Shown one piece after another: positions 8,301-16,533 of a stretch of 64,000 nucleotides of DNA. Made by a program: the position numbers and the translations under genes. Each line of letters opens with the position of its first letter. The first letter of the stretch is position 1. A model generated the notes under the pieces. That model was not told the origin of the DNA and made no database searches. It worked only from the letters and a program-made list of their open reading frames with translations. Location of the stretch: the NCBI GenBank assembly GCA_902624765.1, contig CACNYO010000001.1:95645-159644 (forward strand). The letters are read 5' to 3'. This stretch comes from an uncultured SAR86 cluster bacterium. Lineage in GTDB: Bacteria; Pseudomonadota; Gammaproteobacteria; Magnimaribacterales; AG-339-G14.

Positions 8301-9521
8301 ACAATCGCGGCTGTTGATAATTTTGGAAATGAAGCATCCATATCTTTGAAAATAATAGTCGAGGATATTATTGATGATCTGATTTCAAAAGTAGAGGAAG
8401 AATTGAGCTCTATTTTAAATAGTGATTTTTCAAGAACCATTGAAACTCAGATGGCGCAATTTTCAAGACAATCCAGAGACTCAATTTATAGACTGGGAAC
8501 TCAAAGAAAAGATTTTGATTGTGGTCCTCAAAAGCAAAGTGATCCTTCATCACTAAATATGGAAGATATTGTTGTAGGAGTGATAGATGCTGTAAATAGC
8601 GGTTCCTTTTCAGGAAATTACTCCAACGAAATATTTAATTGTAAAAATTCATCGATGGACATCATCGAAGGTAACTATTCTATTACCTATGACAAAGATC
8701 TTGGTACCCAATTATTTTTGGGAGGATCATCTCAAAGAGATTTATTTGTAGCCGAAGATTTTCTCTCGGGAGTTTCTTACGGTGGTTATTTGCAAAGAAC
8801 AAATACTGCATCGAGTGGTAAAGGCCATATTAATGGCCTTGGTGGAAATATTGGTTTCTACCAAGCAAGAAAATTTGATCAGTTATATTTGAACTATTAT
8901 GTTTCCGGATCTGTTGGTTATCATCAATATGAAATTTTCGTTGAGGACCCGTTAGAAACAATCAAAACAGAAGGTGCTTATCATTATTTTGCTTCTTTTT
9001 TTGGCTCCTCTTTATCTGGCAAAGTTGAGAGAGAGACTTTCAACTTGAGACCGAGTATTGGTCTAGATATGGCCATTGCAACAGCAAGTGATGCATCTAT
9101 TAAGGCAAAACAATTCTCAACTACTGAAAGAGGAAAATTAGATTTACCTTTTCATGATGGCTATAGATGGTATTCAGAGTTTGCTTTTGATTTTGGAAAC
9201 ATTGCTAACTTGTCAGGCTTTTCAAATAATAATCAAAGATTTGAAATTGCTCCAAGATTCTATTGCGATAATAAACTTAATGGTTCAGGCAATGATTGTG
9301 GCCTGGGTGCTTATTTCAAATATTCATTTGAAGATAATCTTGGGAGTAAAATTCATTTTCAGCTTGATTATGAGGAAACCGATAAGGTTAAAAGAAGTAA
9401 TTTAAAGTTTGGTAGAAAGAATTTGATTCTCAATGGTTTGGGCTCATCTACTACACAGCTAAATATGGATGAGATGGGAAGATTACAGTTAGAATATCTT
9501 TTGGATATATATTTGTTTTAG
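5304..9521 (+). CDS. large surface protein: signal peptide, 8 x 25-aa DUF285/BspA-type repeats, cadherin-like/Ig-like/Cna-B-like passenger domains, C-terminal autotransporter-type beta-barrel
   Basis: Signal-like segment KINRIIRPHFLFFTFFYSFFSSNALA/DT. A GTG at 5346 would give a canonical signal peptide, whereas the ATG at 5304 overlaps the amine oxidase by 59 nt. FNQDIxNWDVSxV repeats are present. LDNLTVSTGILSPEFDKDELSYSIDY is a cadherin-like beta-sandwich motif. DNTPPELVDTKPSD looks like an Ig-like/SbsA-type domain start. DDTGSYFFDELSEDTYKVEF is Cna-B/SdrD-like. NEYLVTIAAVDNFGNEASISLKIIVEDI is cadherin-like. The last ~270 aa show an alternating beta-strand pattern and end in ...LEYLLDIYLF (terminal Phe). 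Confidence 0.6.
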   Translation: MTRTQPSIYRQIAQVIKINRIIRPHFLFFTFFYSFFSSNALADTECFNPSNINTVGPAGTVCAEMLIVSKAMLLEAEEVGNGSDFSISFDGTDYTFGNSANNVFTGQITDFNYIFKDKTNFNADIGYWDLRNALSTRFMFQRASSFNQNINNWNVSNVINMQGMFHYATSFNQDLNSWDVSKVDNLRSIFQSAKVFNGNISSWNISNVWNLGYAFASAEAFNSDISNWDTSKVTYFGRTFLSAKEFNQDIGNWDVSKVRDFRRAFQGASKFNQDIGNWDVSSSTLLARMFKHASSFNQDLTCWNVKNILSEPAAFGGASNLSSENKPYWGDDPCSKNTTLDNLTVSTGILSPEFDKDELSYSIDYNNSQEEVNFSFSKKHPGATLTVNDQQVLNNQYSDSLNVGLNEFKIKITSEDTSLSKEYTISVTREAGPDIVSPEIKSLETSEDGSQIIIEVSELLNEQSIPPTSNFNVVVDNLSYEVTKTIIEGIKIILSVSKPITREAIEADKNVVLTYSAPTDNSSIKDLSDNELPSFKIKQVDNKSTIDNTPPELVDTKPSDDMLNVSTQSILNLTFSENINLSSGSIRLYKGDDRSNELIKTFEASPSSGMPSEIKVFENTAEIYLSGYLELSNKYYLLIDSDVFIDDAGNKYSGINKENQFNFSTPSVLLHQYEVGEEGTSGTASISGIAQFSDGQTAAGVMVNLYNSQNVIIKTSITDDTGSYFFDELSEDTYKVEFVGNSDSKLKGQADSGTVEGKFVTSIEVSEGEQIYGIDAVLIDPAGVIYDSISRQPIKGATVELKFNGNLVDSSWLDLNLGGPNSQITDSDGQYNFILNSNAESGKYSINVIPIDGYKFPSLSIPAELDAYTPNLGGGIEEIQPQDEAPSGSDQTTYYLDINFSITNESSSTSNGIINNHIPLDESIPPLISGPGLEDGTININEGDTLVGKFSSNESVSWSLRGEDKNLLNFDAESGDLVFQNVTDFENPNDTDLNNEYLVTIAAVDNFGNEASISLKIIVEDIIDDLISKVEEELSSILNSDFSRTIETQMAQFSRQSRDSIYRLGTQRKDFDCGPQKQSDPSSLNMEDIVVGVIDAVNSGSFSGNYSNEIFNCKNSSMDIIEGNYSITYDKDLGTQLFLGGSSQRDLFVAEDFLSGVSYGGYLQRTNTASSGKGHINGLGGNIGFYQARKFDQLYLNYYVSGSVGYHQYEIFVEDPLETIKTEGAYHYFASFFGSSLSGKVERETFNLRPSIGLDMAIATASDASIKAKQFSTTERGKLDLPFHDGYRWYSEFAFDFGNIANLSGFSNNNQRFEIAPRFYCDNKLNGSGNDCGLGAYFKYSFEDNLGSKIHFQLDYEETDKVKRSNLKFGRKNLILNGLGSSTTQLNMDEMGRLQLEYLLDIYLF
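5664..6263 (+). repeat. eight tandem 75-nt (25-codon) coding repeats (DUF285 units) inside the surface-protein gene
   Basis: The units begin with FNADIG, FNQNIN, FNQDLN, FNGNIS, FNSDIS, FNQDIG, FNQDIG and FNQDLT at an exact 75-nt period from 5664. Units 6 and 7 share a perfect 35-nt repeat (6037-6071 = 6112-6146). Confidence 0.9.
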
Positions 9522-9533
9522 AAGGGAGGAATT

Positions 9534-10322
9534 TTGTTAGATTTAAATTTAGAAGGAAAAAGAGCCGTCGTGACAGGTGCTAGTCTGGGTATTGGAGAAG
9601 CTGTTGTGAAAATGCTCAGTGAGCATGGAGCCTCTGTTACATTTTGCGCAAGGAATAAAGACGCCATTGATTCTTTATCAAAATATAAGCCTGAAAATAC
9701 AAGTTCCTCAATTAAAGGTCTTATTGCCGATATGTCGAATGGGGAATCTACCGAAAATTTTATAGAAGAAACTCTTAAGGAAGGGCCTATTGATATTCTT
9801 GTAAATAATGTAGGTGCATCTCCATCAAGAAATTTTTTATATATGTCAGATCAAGATTGGCAGGATTTACATGAACTTAACTTGCTTTCTGCAGTAAGGT
9901 GCACAAGGTCATTCCTCCCTCACATGAGAGAGCAGAAATGGGGAAGGGTAATCATGATATCTAGCTCCGCAGGAAAATATCCAAGTGCTGCATTGATAGA
10001 TTATGGAGCAACTAAATCAGCAATGATTTCTATTAGTAAATCTTTAGCAAAAAAATATGGAAGAGATGGAGTTTTAGTTAATTCAGTTTTACCTGGCCTT
10101 ATTCACACAGCAATGTGGGAAAGAGCAGCTGGTGAGATTGCTGAGTCAACTGGAAGTAGTGCTGAAGAAGTAATCAAGAAAAATGGTTTTTCTGTGCCTA
10201 TAGGTAGGTACGGAACATCTGAAGAAGTTGCTGCTTTGGTTGTTTTTTTGTGCTCAAATGCAGCTTCATATATAAACGGATCAGCAATCGAAGTTGATGG
10301 CGGACAAGCGGGGCATATATAA
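9534..10322 (+). CDS. SDR family oxidoreductase (3-oxoacyl-ACP reductase-like)
   Basis: Carries VTGASLGIG, NNVG, and the catalytic YGATKSA. TTG start at 9534 preceded by a GGGAGG SD at 9524-9529. Confidence 0.88.
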   Translation: MLDLNLEGKRAVVTGASLGIGEAVVKMLSEHGASVTFCARNKDAIDSLSKYKPENTSSSIKGLIADMSNGESTENFIEETLKEGPIDILVNNVGASPSRNFLYMSDQDWQDLHELNLLSAVRCTRSFLPHMREQKWGRVIMISSSAGKYPSAALIDYGATKSAMISISKSLAKKYGRDGVLVNSVLPGLIHTAMWERAAGEIAESTGSSAEEVIKKNGFSVPIGRYGTSEEVAALVVFLCSNAASYINGSAIEVDGGQAGHI

Positions 10323-10595
10323 ATGAGTGAACTAAACGACGACCAAAAAAGACTGGCGGATGCTCTTGAAGAGTTAAAAGAACATAATTTCATGAGAATC
10401 CATGAATCCGCTTGGAAATTTTTGTATTACAACTTACTAAGGGGTTTGGCGATCGGGCTAGGATCTGTTGTGGGGGCAACTTTATTAGTAACTATTCTGA
10501 TACAAATCCTTGCTCAAATAGAATTTATTCCTATTTTAGGCAACTATGCTCATCAGATTATTGAGATAATTGAAAGACTGGAAAAGAAAGGATAA
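10323..10595 (+). CDS. small membrane protein, unknown function (possibly DUF5665-like)
   Basis: 90 aa: a charged N-terminal helix followed by the hydrophobic segment LLRGLAIGLGSVVGATLLVTILIQIL. It starts immediately after the SDR stop. Confidence 0.45.
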   Translation: MSELNDDQKRLADALEELKEHNFMRIHESAWKFLYYNLLRGLAIGLGSVVGATLLVTILIQILAQIEFIPILGNYAHQIIEIIERLEKKG

Positions 10596-11417
10596 TCACT
10601 TACCTTTAAAAATAGGTTCTTTCTTTTCAACGAATGCTTTTACAGCATTTTTGTGATCATGAGTTTGACCACAATGAATATGATGAGTTGCCTCTAAATC
10701 TAGACAATCATCTATATCACCATGCATAGCTCTATTAAGGTTTTCTTTCATGTATCTGAATGCAACAGCAGGCCCAGAGGCAAGTTTTTCTGCAATTTCT
10801 TTTGTTTTGAGTTCAAGATCATCCGGCTCAACTACCCAATTAGTTAAGCCAAGCTCAAGAGCATGATCAGCAGAAATCCTATCTGATAGAAAATATAATT
10901 CCCTTGCTTTTGCAGATCCAATAAGTTGGGTCATGAAATAGCTTCCTCCGTAATCGCCTGAAAAACCAACTTTGGCGAAGGCAGTTGTCATGAACGCCTC
11001 AGAGGACATAATTCTTAGGTCACAAGACAAAGCATACGATAGTCCTGCTCCCGCTGCAGCTCCTGATAAAGAAGCGATAGTGGGCTTAGGCATCTTAAAA
11101 AGCTTTCCTGAGGTGCCTCTTTGGTGATCTCGTTGTTTATGGATTGCTGCATCTATGGTGTTATCACCGACAGTCCCATCACCTTTGGAAGCCATTCCTT
11201 TAACATCTCCTCCAGCACAAAAGCCTTTTCCTGCACCTGTCAAAACAATGCATCTGACTTCGTTATCGAGTTCAAAAGCGGCAATAGTTTCTTGCATGGC
11301 TTTATTCATTTCTTGAGACATTGCATTTCTTGCCTCAGGACGATTCATCACAAGATATCCAACCCCGTTTTCTTTTCTTGCTAATAAATCTTGCGTTCCA
11401 GTATCAATTGATGTCAT
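10596..11417 (-). CDS. enoyl-CoA hydratase/isomerase (crotonase) family protein
   Basis: Crotonase oxyanion-hole region LTGAGKGFCAGGDV and typical length (273 aa). Its stop abuts the convergent small ORF with zero spacer. Confidence 0.88.
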   Translation of the reverse strand: MTSIDTGTQDLLARKENGVGYLVMNRPEARNAMSQEMNKAMQETIAAFELDNEVRCIVLTGAGKGFCAGGDVKGMASKGDGTVGDNTIDAAIHKQRDHQRGTSGKLFKMPKPTIASLSGAAAGAGLSYALSCDLRIMSSEAFMTTAFAKVGFSGDYGGSYFMTQLIGSAKARELYFLSDRISADHALELGLTNWVVEPDDLELKTKEIAEKLASGPAVAFRYMKENLNRAMHGDIDDCLDLEATHHIHCGQTHDHKNAVKAFVEKKEPIFKGK

Positions 11418-11458
11418 TTATTCCTCACTGCATTTTTATTTGTTATTCTACAAATATT

Positions 11459-12208
11459 ATGAGGATAAGACAGTTAGTTTTTGTAGCAAAGGAAAGAGAT
11501 GAATTAGCTCAGCAAATTTGTAATCTATTTGAATTGAAAGAAACGTTCAACGATCCTGGAATTATTCATTTTGGATTAGAAAATGTTCTAATTCCTTTAA
11601 ATGATACTTTTATAGAAATCGTAACCCCAGTTCAAGAAAATACTACAGCGGAAAGATTTCTTGATAAAAGAGGAGGGGACGGAGGTTATATGGTTATTTT
11701 GGATGTAGATGACTTTGAGGCTGAAAAGAAAAGAGTTGAGGATGAAAATATATCTATTGTATGGAATGCCGATAGAAAAGAGGAAGATATACATGCTAGA
11801 GCAATTCATCTTCATCCCAAAGAGACTGGTGGCGCAATTTTATCCTTAGATAAAATGATCCCAGAAGATGCATGGTTATGGGCAGGAACAAATTGGAGGA
11901 AAGATATTAGTACATCTCTAGTCGACTGCCTCACCGGCGTTATCCTTCAGTCAAATGATCCTGATAATCTATGTTCTAAATGGGAAAAAGCACTGGGCAA
12001 AACAAAATCTTCAAATGAAGTAGCCATCGAACTTAATAGTTCTAAAATATCTTTTATAAAAAGTACTGATGGTAGAGGCGAAGGAGTAAACGCTTTTGTT
12101 ATCAAGACTTCTAATAAAGGTGAAGTATTAAAGAGAGCTGACGAAATGAATCTTCTTACTGAAGGTGAAATTATGTTGGGTGGAGTAAAAATGATTCTAG
12201 AGGATTAA
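11459..12208 (+). CDS. VOC/glyoxalase-like domain protein
   Basis: The ORF-track entry 11321..12208 overlaps the crotonase gene. The first internal ATG (11459, MRIRQLVFVAKERDE...) lies in the 41-bp intergenic gap. The N-terminal beta-alpha-beta pattern resembles glyoxalase-like domain proteins, so the family assignment is tentative. Confidence 0.5.
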   Translation: MRIRQLVFVAKERDELAQQICNLFELKETFNDPGIIHFGLENVLIPLNDTFIEIVTPVQENTTAERFLDKRGGDGGYMVILDVDDFEAEKKRVEDENISIVWNADRKEEDIHARAIHLHPKETGGAILSLDKMIPEDAWLWAGTNWRKDISTSLVDCLTGVILQSNDPDNLCSKWEKALGKTKSSNEVAIELNSSKISFIKSTDGRGEGVNAFVIKTSNKGEVLKRADEMNLLTEGEIMLGGVKMILED

Positions 12209-12214
12209 GGAAAA

Positions 12215-13612
12215 ATGGAATTAGATTACAGAGACCATTCATTAGTTGAACTTGCAAAAAAGGTAAATTCAAGAGAAATAAGCGCAGAAGAACTTGTAAC
12301 AGCTTCACTAAAAAATATTGAAGAGGTAGATAAGGAAATAAATGCTTTTTGCTCTATAAATCCCGAACTATCGATTAAAGAGGCAAAAAAAGTCGACGAA
12401 AAAATTTCTAAGGGAGAAAATTTGCCACTTGGCGGTTTAGCTCTAGGAGTAAAGGACTTAGAAGATGCAGAAGGGTACGTCACAGCCTACGGTTCTGATT
12501 TTCATACGAGTGATAAACCGGCTGAATCAGATTCTATTCTAGTAAAACGACTCCGTGCCGCGGGTGCAATTGTAGTTGGAAAGACTAATACTCCTGAATT
12601 TGGTTATAAGGGAGTTACCGATAATGTTCCTTTTGGAGCTTCTAGGAATCCTTGGAATAAAGAATACACTCCTGGAGGTTCCTCTGGTGGATCATCAGCT
12701 GCTTTAGCTGCTGGCATGGTGCCAATTACAACAGGATCTGATGGAGGAGGATCGATCAGAATTCCCGCAGCTCTATGTGGCTTAAGTGCAATAAAAACTT
12801 CTCAAGGAAGAGTTCCAAATGGCGGTCCAACTCCGCCGGGTTCTGGGATTCTTACAGTTAAGGGTCCTATGACAAATAAGATAGACGAGGCTGCTTATTC
12901 ATTAGATAGCTGTATAGGCCCTGATTCATCAGATATATTTTCTTTGCCTAAACCTGCGGAAAGTTGGTATGAAAATTTAGAGGCTGATCTACCTGAGAGA
13001 ATTATTTGGTCTTCTACTTTTGGTTTTGCCGATGTTGATAAAGAAATAAAAGAAAAATGCGAAGAAGCAATCTTAAAAATAGAATCAGCAGGCTGTGAAG
13101 TTATTCGAGACGAGGAGATATGGGAAGAAGATCCTGTAAATGCATGGATAGTTTTTTGGACTGGTGCTAGAGGAAGAGCACAAGGACATCTTAGGGGAAC
13201 TCCTGATTGGGAAAGGATTGATGCAGATTTAAGACCACAAATTGAAATGGGAATAGATAATTTCAGTGCTGCAGACTATGCTGCTGCCTTTGATCAATGT
13301 CATTATCTAAGCTTGAAGCTTGAAGAAAGATTTCAAAAGGCTCCTCTAATACTCTCTCCATCTACTTGTGGTTTAACACCGAAGGTATTTAAGCAAGGTA
13401 TTGTTAACGGAGAAGAAACTGTTAACTGGGTTGCTTTTACTTATGGATTAAATATGACTAGAAATCCAGCTGGAACCTTTCCAATTGGATTGAGTTCTCT
13501 TGGATTACCTATAGGCATCCAAGTTATTGGCTCTCAACAAAACGATTTGGGTGTCTTACAAGGAATAAAAAATTTCGAAAAAATAATCAATTTCGACTTG
13601 AAGGCTGAATAG
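12215..13612 (+). CDS. amidase-signature (AS) family amidase
   Basis: AS signature GGSSGGSSAALAAG...GSDGGGSIRIPAA and the LGVKD lysine region. 465 aa. Confidence 0.9.
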   Translation: MELDYRDHSLVELAKKVNSREISAEELVTASLKNIEEVDKEINAFCSINPELSIKEAKKVDEKISKGENLPLGGLALGVKDLEDAEGYVTAYGSDFHTSDKPAESDSILVKRLRAAGAIVVGKTNTPEFGYKGVTDNVPFGASRNPWNKEYTPGGSSGGSSAALAAGMVPITTGSDGGGSIRIPAALCGLSAIKTSQGRVPNGGPTPPGSGILTVKGPMTNKIDEAAYSLDSCIGPDSSDIFSLPKPAESWYENLEADLPERIIWSSTFGFADVDKEIKEKCEEAILKIESAGCEVIRDEEIWEEDPVNAWIVFWTGARGRAQGHLRGTPDWERIDADLRPQIEMGIDNFSAADYAAAFDQCHYLSLKLEERFQKAPLILSPSTCGLTPKVFKQGIVNGEETVNWVAFTYGLNMTRNPAGTFPIGLSSLGLPIGIQVIGSQQNDLGVLQGIKNFEKIINFDLKAE

Positions 13613-13613
13613 G

Positions 13614-15128
13614 ATGTCAAACCATTCTGCCTATAGAACTTTTGTAGATAGACTCTCTAAGACAAAAGACTCTGCAAGAGAAAAATCTACAAAGAAAAGA
13701 AAAGATTTAGGTCTTCGAACAGCTAGGGAAAATCTTGATGATCTGGTAGATCCAGGAAGTTTTCTTGAATTTGGTGCATTTGCTGTTGCCGCACAAAGAA
13801 ATAGAAGAGATTATGAAGAATTACAGCTAGAAACATCAGCTGATGGAATACTTACGGGATTTTGTAACATAAACGAAGATGAGGTGGGAGAAGATAATTC
13901 TCATGCAGCGGCGATAATTTACGATTATTCCGTATTAGCAGGCTCTCAAGGATTTTTTCACCATCAAAAATTAGACAGAATCTGTGAAAAAGCCGAAGAG
14001 TTCTCTTTACCAGTGGTTATCTTTACGGAAGGCGGAGGAGGTAGGCCTGGAGATACAGATGTCACAACACAGATAGCGGGGCTACATATCCCTTCATTCT
14101 CAACTTGGGCAAGACTCACTGGAAAGTGTTTGAAAATAGCAGTCAATAATGGGTACTGTTTTGCAGGAAATGCTGTTCTTTTTGGATGTTCAGACTTTAT
14201 GATTGCAACAAAAAAATCTTGGATTGGTATGGCTGGACCAGCAATGATTGAAGGAGGGGGACTGGGAATTTATGATCCTAAAGAAATAGGTCCCGCTGAA
14301 GAACAATACAAAAATGGAGTTCTTGATTATTTGGCAGAAGATGAGAAAGAAGCAACTTTTGTAGCAAAAAAGCTTCTTTCATATTTCCAAGGTAATTTAT
14401 CTGATTGGTCTATTGATGACCAAACAAAACTAAGAGACATAATTCCTGAGGATAGACGATGGGCATATCCAGTAAGGGATGTTATAGAAATTCTATCAGA
14501 TAGGGATTCTTTTTTAGAGCTTAGAAAGGTGCATGGAAGAAGTGTCATTACAGGTTTTATTAGGATAGAAGGTAAACCATTCGGTCTTGTAGCTAGCGAC
14601 TGCCAACAGTTGGGTGGAGCTGTAGATTCAGAGGCAGCAGAAAAAGCTGCTGCTTTTATTGAAATTTGCAACTCACATAATTTACCAATTCTATCCTTAG
14701 TTGATACTCCAGGGTTTATGGTGGGTCCTGACAGTGAACTAGAAGGCTCAGTTAGGAGAATGGCATCGTTACTAGTCTCTGGAGCAAAAATAACATCTCC
14801 GCATGTAGCAATTTTCCTTAGAAAAGGCTATGGGTTGGGTGCTCAGGCAATGGTTGGAGGTAGTTTTCATGATCCTATCTATACTGCTTCTTGGCCAACG
14901 GGAGAATTTGGCGGAATGGGACTTGAAGGAGCGGTAAAATTAGGATTCAGGAAAGAGCTCGAAGCAGAAACAGATCCCAAGAAAAAAGAGGACCTCTATA
15001 ACAAGTTAGTCGAGAGATCGTATGAAAAGGGAAAAGCTATTGAGGCAGCTGCACATTTAGAAATCGATGCTGTTATAGATCCCGCAGACACAAGAAAAGT
15101 GATACTAGCTGCTGTCAAAGGACTCTAA
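13614..15128 (+). CDS. acyl-CoA carboxylase carboxyltransferase (beta subunit) family protein
   Basis: Two crotonase-fold carboxyltransferase halves with VDTPGFMVGP and WPTGEFGGMGLEGAV, matching PccB/AccD5/MccB-type motifs. It starts 1 nt after the amidase stop. No biotin carboxylase or BCCP gene is present in the window. Confidence 0.85.
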   Translation: MSNHSAYRTFVDRLSKTKDSAREKSTKKRKDLGLRTARENLDDLVDPGSFLEFGAFAVAAQRNRRDYEELQLETSADGILTGFCNINEDEVGEDNSHAAAIIYDYSVLAGSQGFFHHQKLDRICEKAEEFSLPVVIFTEGGGGRPGDTDVTTQIAGLHIPSFSTWARLTGKCLKIAVNNGYCFAGNAVLFGCSDFMIATKKSWIGMAGPAMIEGGGLGIYDPKEIGPAEEQYKNGVLDYLAEDEKEATFVAKKLLSYFQGNLSDWSIDDQTKLRDIIPEDRRWAYPVRDVIEILSDRDSFLELRKVHGRSVITGFIRIEGKPFGLVASDCQQLGGAVDSEAAEKAAAFIEICNSHNLPILSLVDTPGFMVGPDSELEGSVRRMASLLVSGAKITSPHVAIFLRKGYGLGAQAMVGGSFHDPIYTASWPTGEFGGMGLEGAVKLGFRKELEAETDPKKKEDLYNKLVERSYEKGKAIEAAAHLEIDAVIDPADTRKVILAAVKGL

Positions 15129-16460
15129 CAATTCCATAGTTTTTTTCTTTCCTTTTTCTACCCCGAATTGATCAAATGGGTTTATTTTTAAAAATCTAGA
15201 AGAGATAAATACTTTGTGCTCAAAGATGGTTAATAGCATTCCCAGAGAAAAAGGATCTAATGTTTTAATTTCAAAAATCGTAGAAGGAATATTAGAGTTC
15301 ACGGATAAAATATCATCTTTTTGATTTTCATTATCAGTAAAAAGATTAAAACTTGAATTCACCTGAGCGAGATTTAAATTATCAGATTCTGAGATGTAAA
15401 TTAAATCAGCGCAGGTTTGCGAGGTTCCTTGATTTAAAAGTTGAAAGATAGAATGTTGAGCTTTTGGTCCATATCCCCCGTATAAGGTTTGTCCTGTTTT
15501 TTCAAAAATTGATTCACTATTTGGCGGTTTTCCTAAAGATTCCATTTCGAGCTGTTGGAGATAATTAGGGATATTTCTTAGTTTCCAAGAATAGCTCAAA
15601 ATAACTTTATTATCTTTTCCAAGAAAATTTGAATTCCATAAATCAATTATTGAAAGTTTAATAAGAAATTTTAAGAAACGCTTTTCTTTAAGCACTAATT
15701 CGTCTACTAATCCTCCTCCTTTAAAAAAATCAACAAATGAGGAATCCAATTCAATAAGTAGAGGCAAACAAACTTCTGACCAAATAGAGTACCTGCCTCC
15801 AATATCATCAGGAAAAGAAAATATTTGATCGCTTAAAAGGTCATTACTTATAGCATCTTCTTTTGAAGATGTAATTCCCCAAAAGCTTTTCATATGAGTT
15901 TCGGGAACCCATTTTTTTGCTAGATCTAGGTTAAATAAAACTTCAGCTGTTTTAAAAGACTTGGAAACAACAAAAAAGCATGTTTCTTCCTTGTTTAGAC
16001 TTTCAGTAGCCTCTTCAAATTCTTTTTTATCTGAGCCAGATATGAATCTGAAATTAAATTCTTTTTTTGAGTTTACATAGAAAGAATCATAGAGAACTCT
16101 ATTACCTTCAATTGATCCGCCTGTTCCAATAATTACAATATTTTTAAAATTTCTTTGTTTTAATTTTCTTTTAATTTTAGAAGCAAGGTCTATTATTTTT
16201 TTAAATGAGGTGCTTCTATATTTGTGATGGCCTACAGATTTTTCTTCAGACCCGTTAACTTTTTCTCCTGAGAAAAGGTTCTTGAAATCTTCCAAAATAT
16301 TTCTATCAGATCTAACATTATTAAAAATTTCCAATACTTCCTTATTTAAATTTACACATTTTGAAAAAATCTTAAATCTATCATCCTCATAAGATAAAAC
16401 GTCATAAAACTTTTCTTCTTTATCAGCTAATCGGATTAATTCTTCTTTATCTGATTTCAT
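15105..16460 (-). CDS. pgi: glucose-6-phosphate isomerase (short, ~450-aa type)
   Basis: PGI signatures DIGGRYSIWSEV and INPFDQFGVEKGKK. It overlaps the convergent carboxyltransferase gene by 24 nt. Confidence 0.85.
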   Translation of the reverse strand: MKSDKEELIRLADKEEKFYDVLSYEDDRFKIFSKCVNLNKEVLEIFNNVRSDRNILEDFKNLFSGEKVNGSEEKSVGHHKYRSTSFKKIIDLASKIKRKLKQRNFKNIVIIGTGGSIEGNRVLYDSFYVNSKKEFNFRFISGSDKKEFEEATESLNKEETCFFVVSKSFKTAEVLFNLDLAKKWVPETHMKSFWGITSSKEDAISNDLLSDQIFSFPDDIGGRYSIWSEVCLPLLIELDSSFVDFFKGGGLVDELVLKEKRFLKFLIKLSIIDLWNSNFLGKDNKVILSYSWKLRNIPNYLQQLEMESLGKPPNSESIFEKTGQTLYGGYGPKAQHSIFQLLNQGTSQTCADLIYISESDNLNLAQVNSSFNLFTDNENQKDDILSVNSNIPSTIFEIKTLDPFSLGMLLTIFEHKVFISSRFLKINPFDQFGVEKGKKKTMELLESFDSS

Positions 16461-16533
16461 TTCAATATTATGATTTTTGGACTTTTCATAGACAGTATGG
16501 TTTATTTAAATATGGATTCTATTTTATTTAAAT

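Noticed and set aside
11321-11458. N-terminal extensions suggested by the longest-ORF track: 11321 (VOC protein), 39546 (cysB), 40591 (thrH), 45361 (HAD), 51531 (trpF), 56258 (cvpA), 62604 (ppiB).
   Set aside because: The extensions overlap the neighbouring gene or the SOS box, start at GTG/TTG, or add residues absent from well-known orthologues. Internal ATG (or SD-preceded TTG) starts fit the intergenic gaps and the orthologue N-termini.
12215-13612. Calling the amidase gatA (Glu-tRNA(Gln) amidotransferase subunit A).
   Set aside because: The AS signature is family-wide. There is no adjacent gatC or gatB, and the gene is coupled to a carboxyltransferase instead. The gatA assignment cannot be supported from this window.
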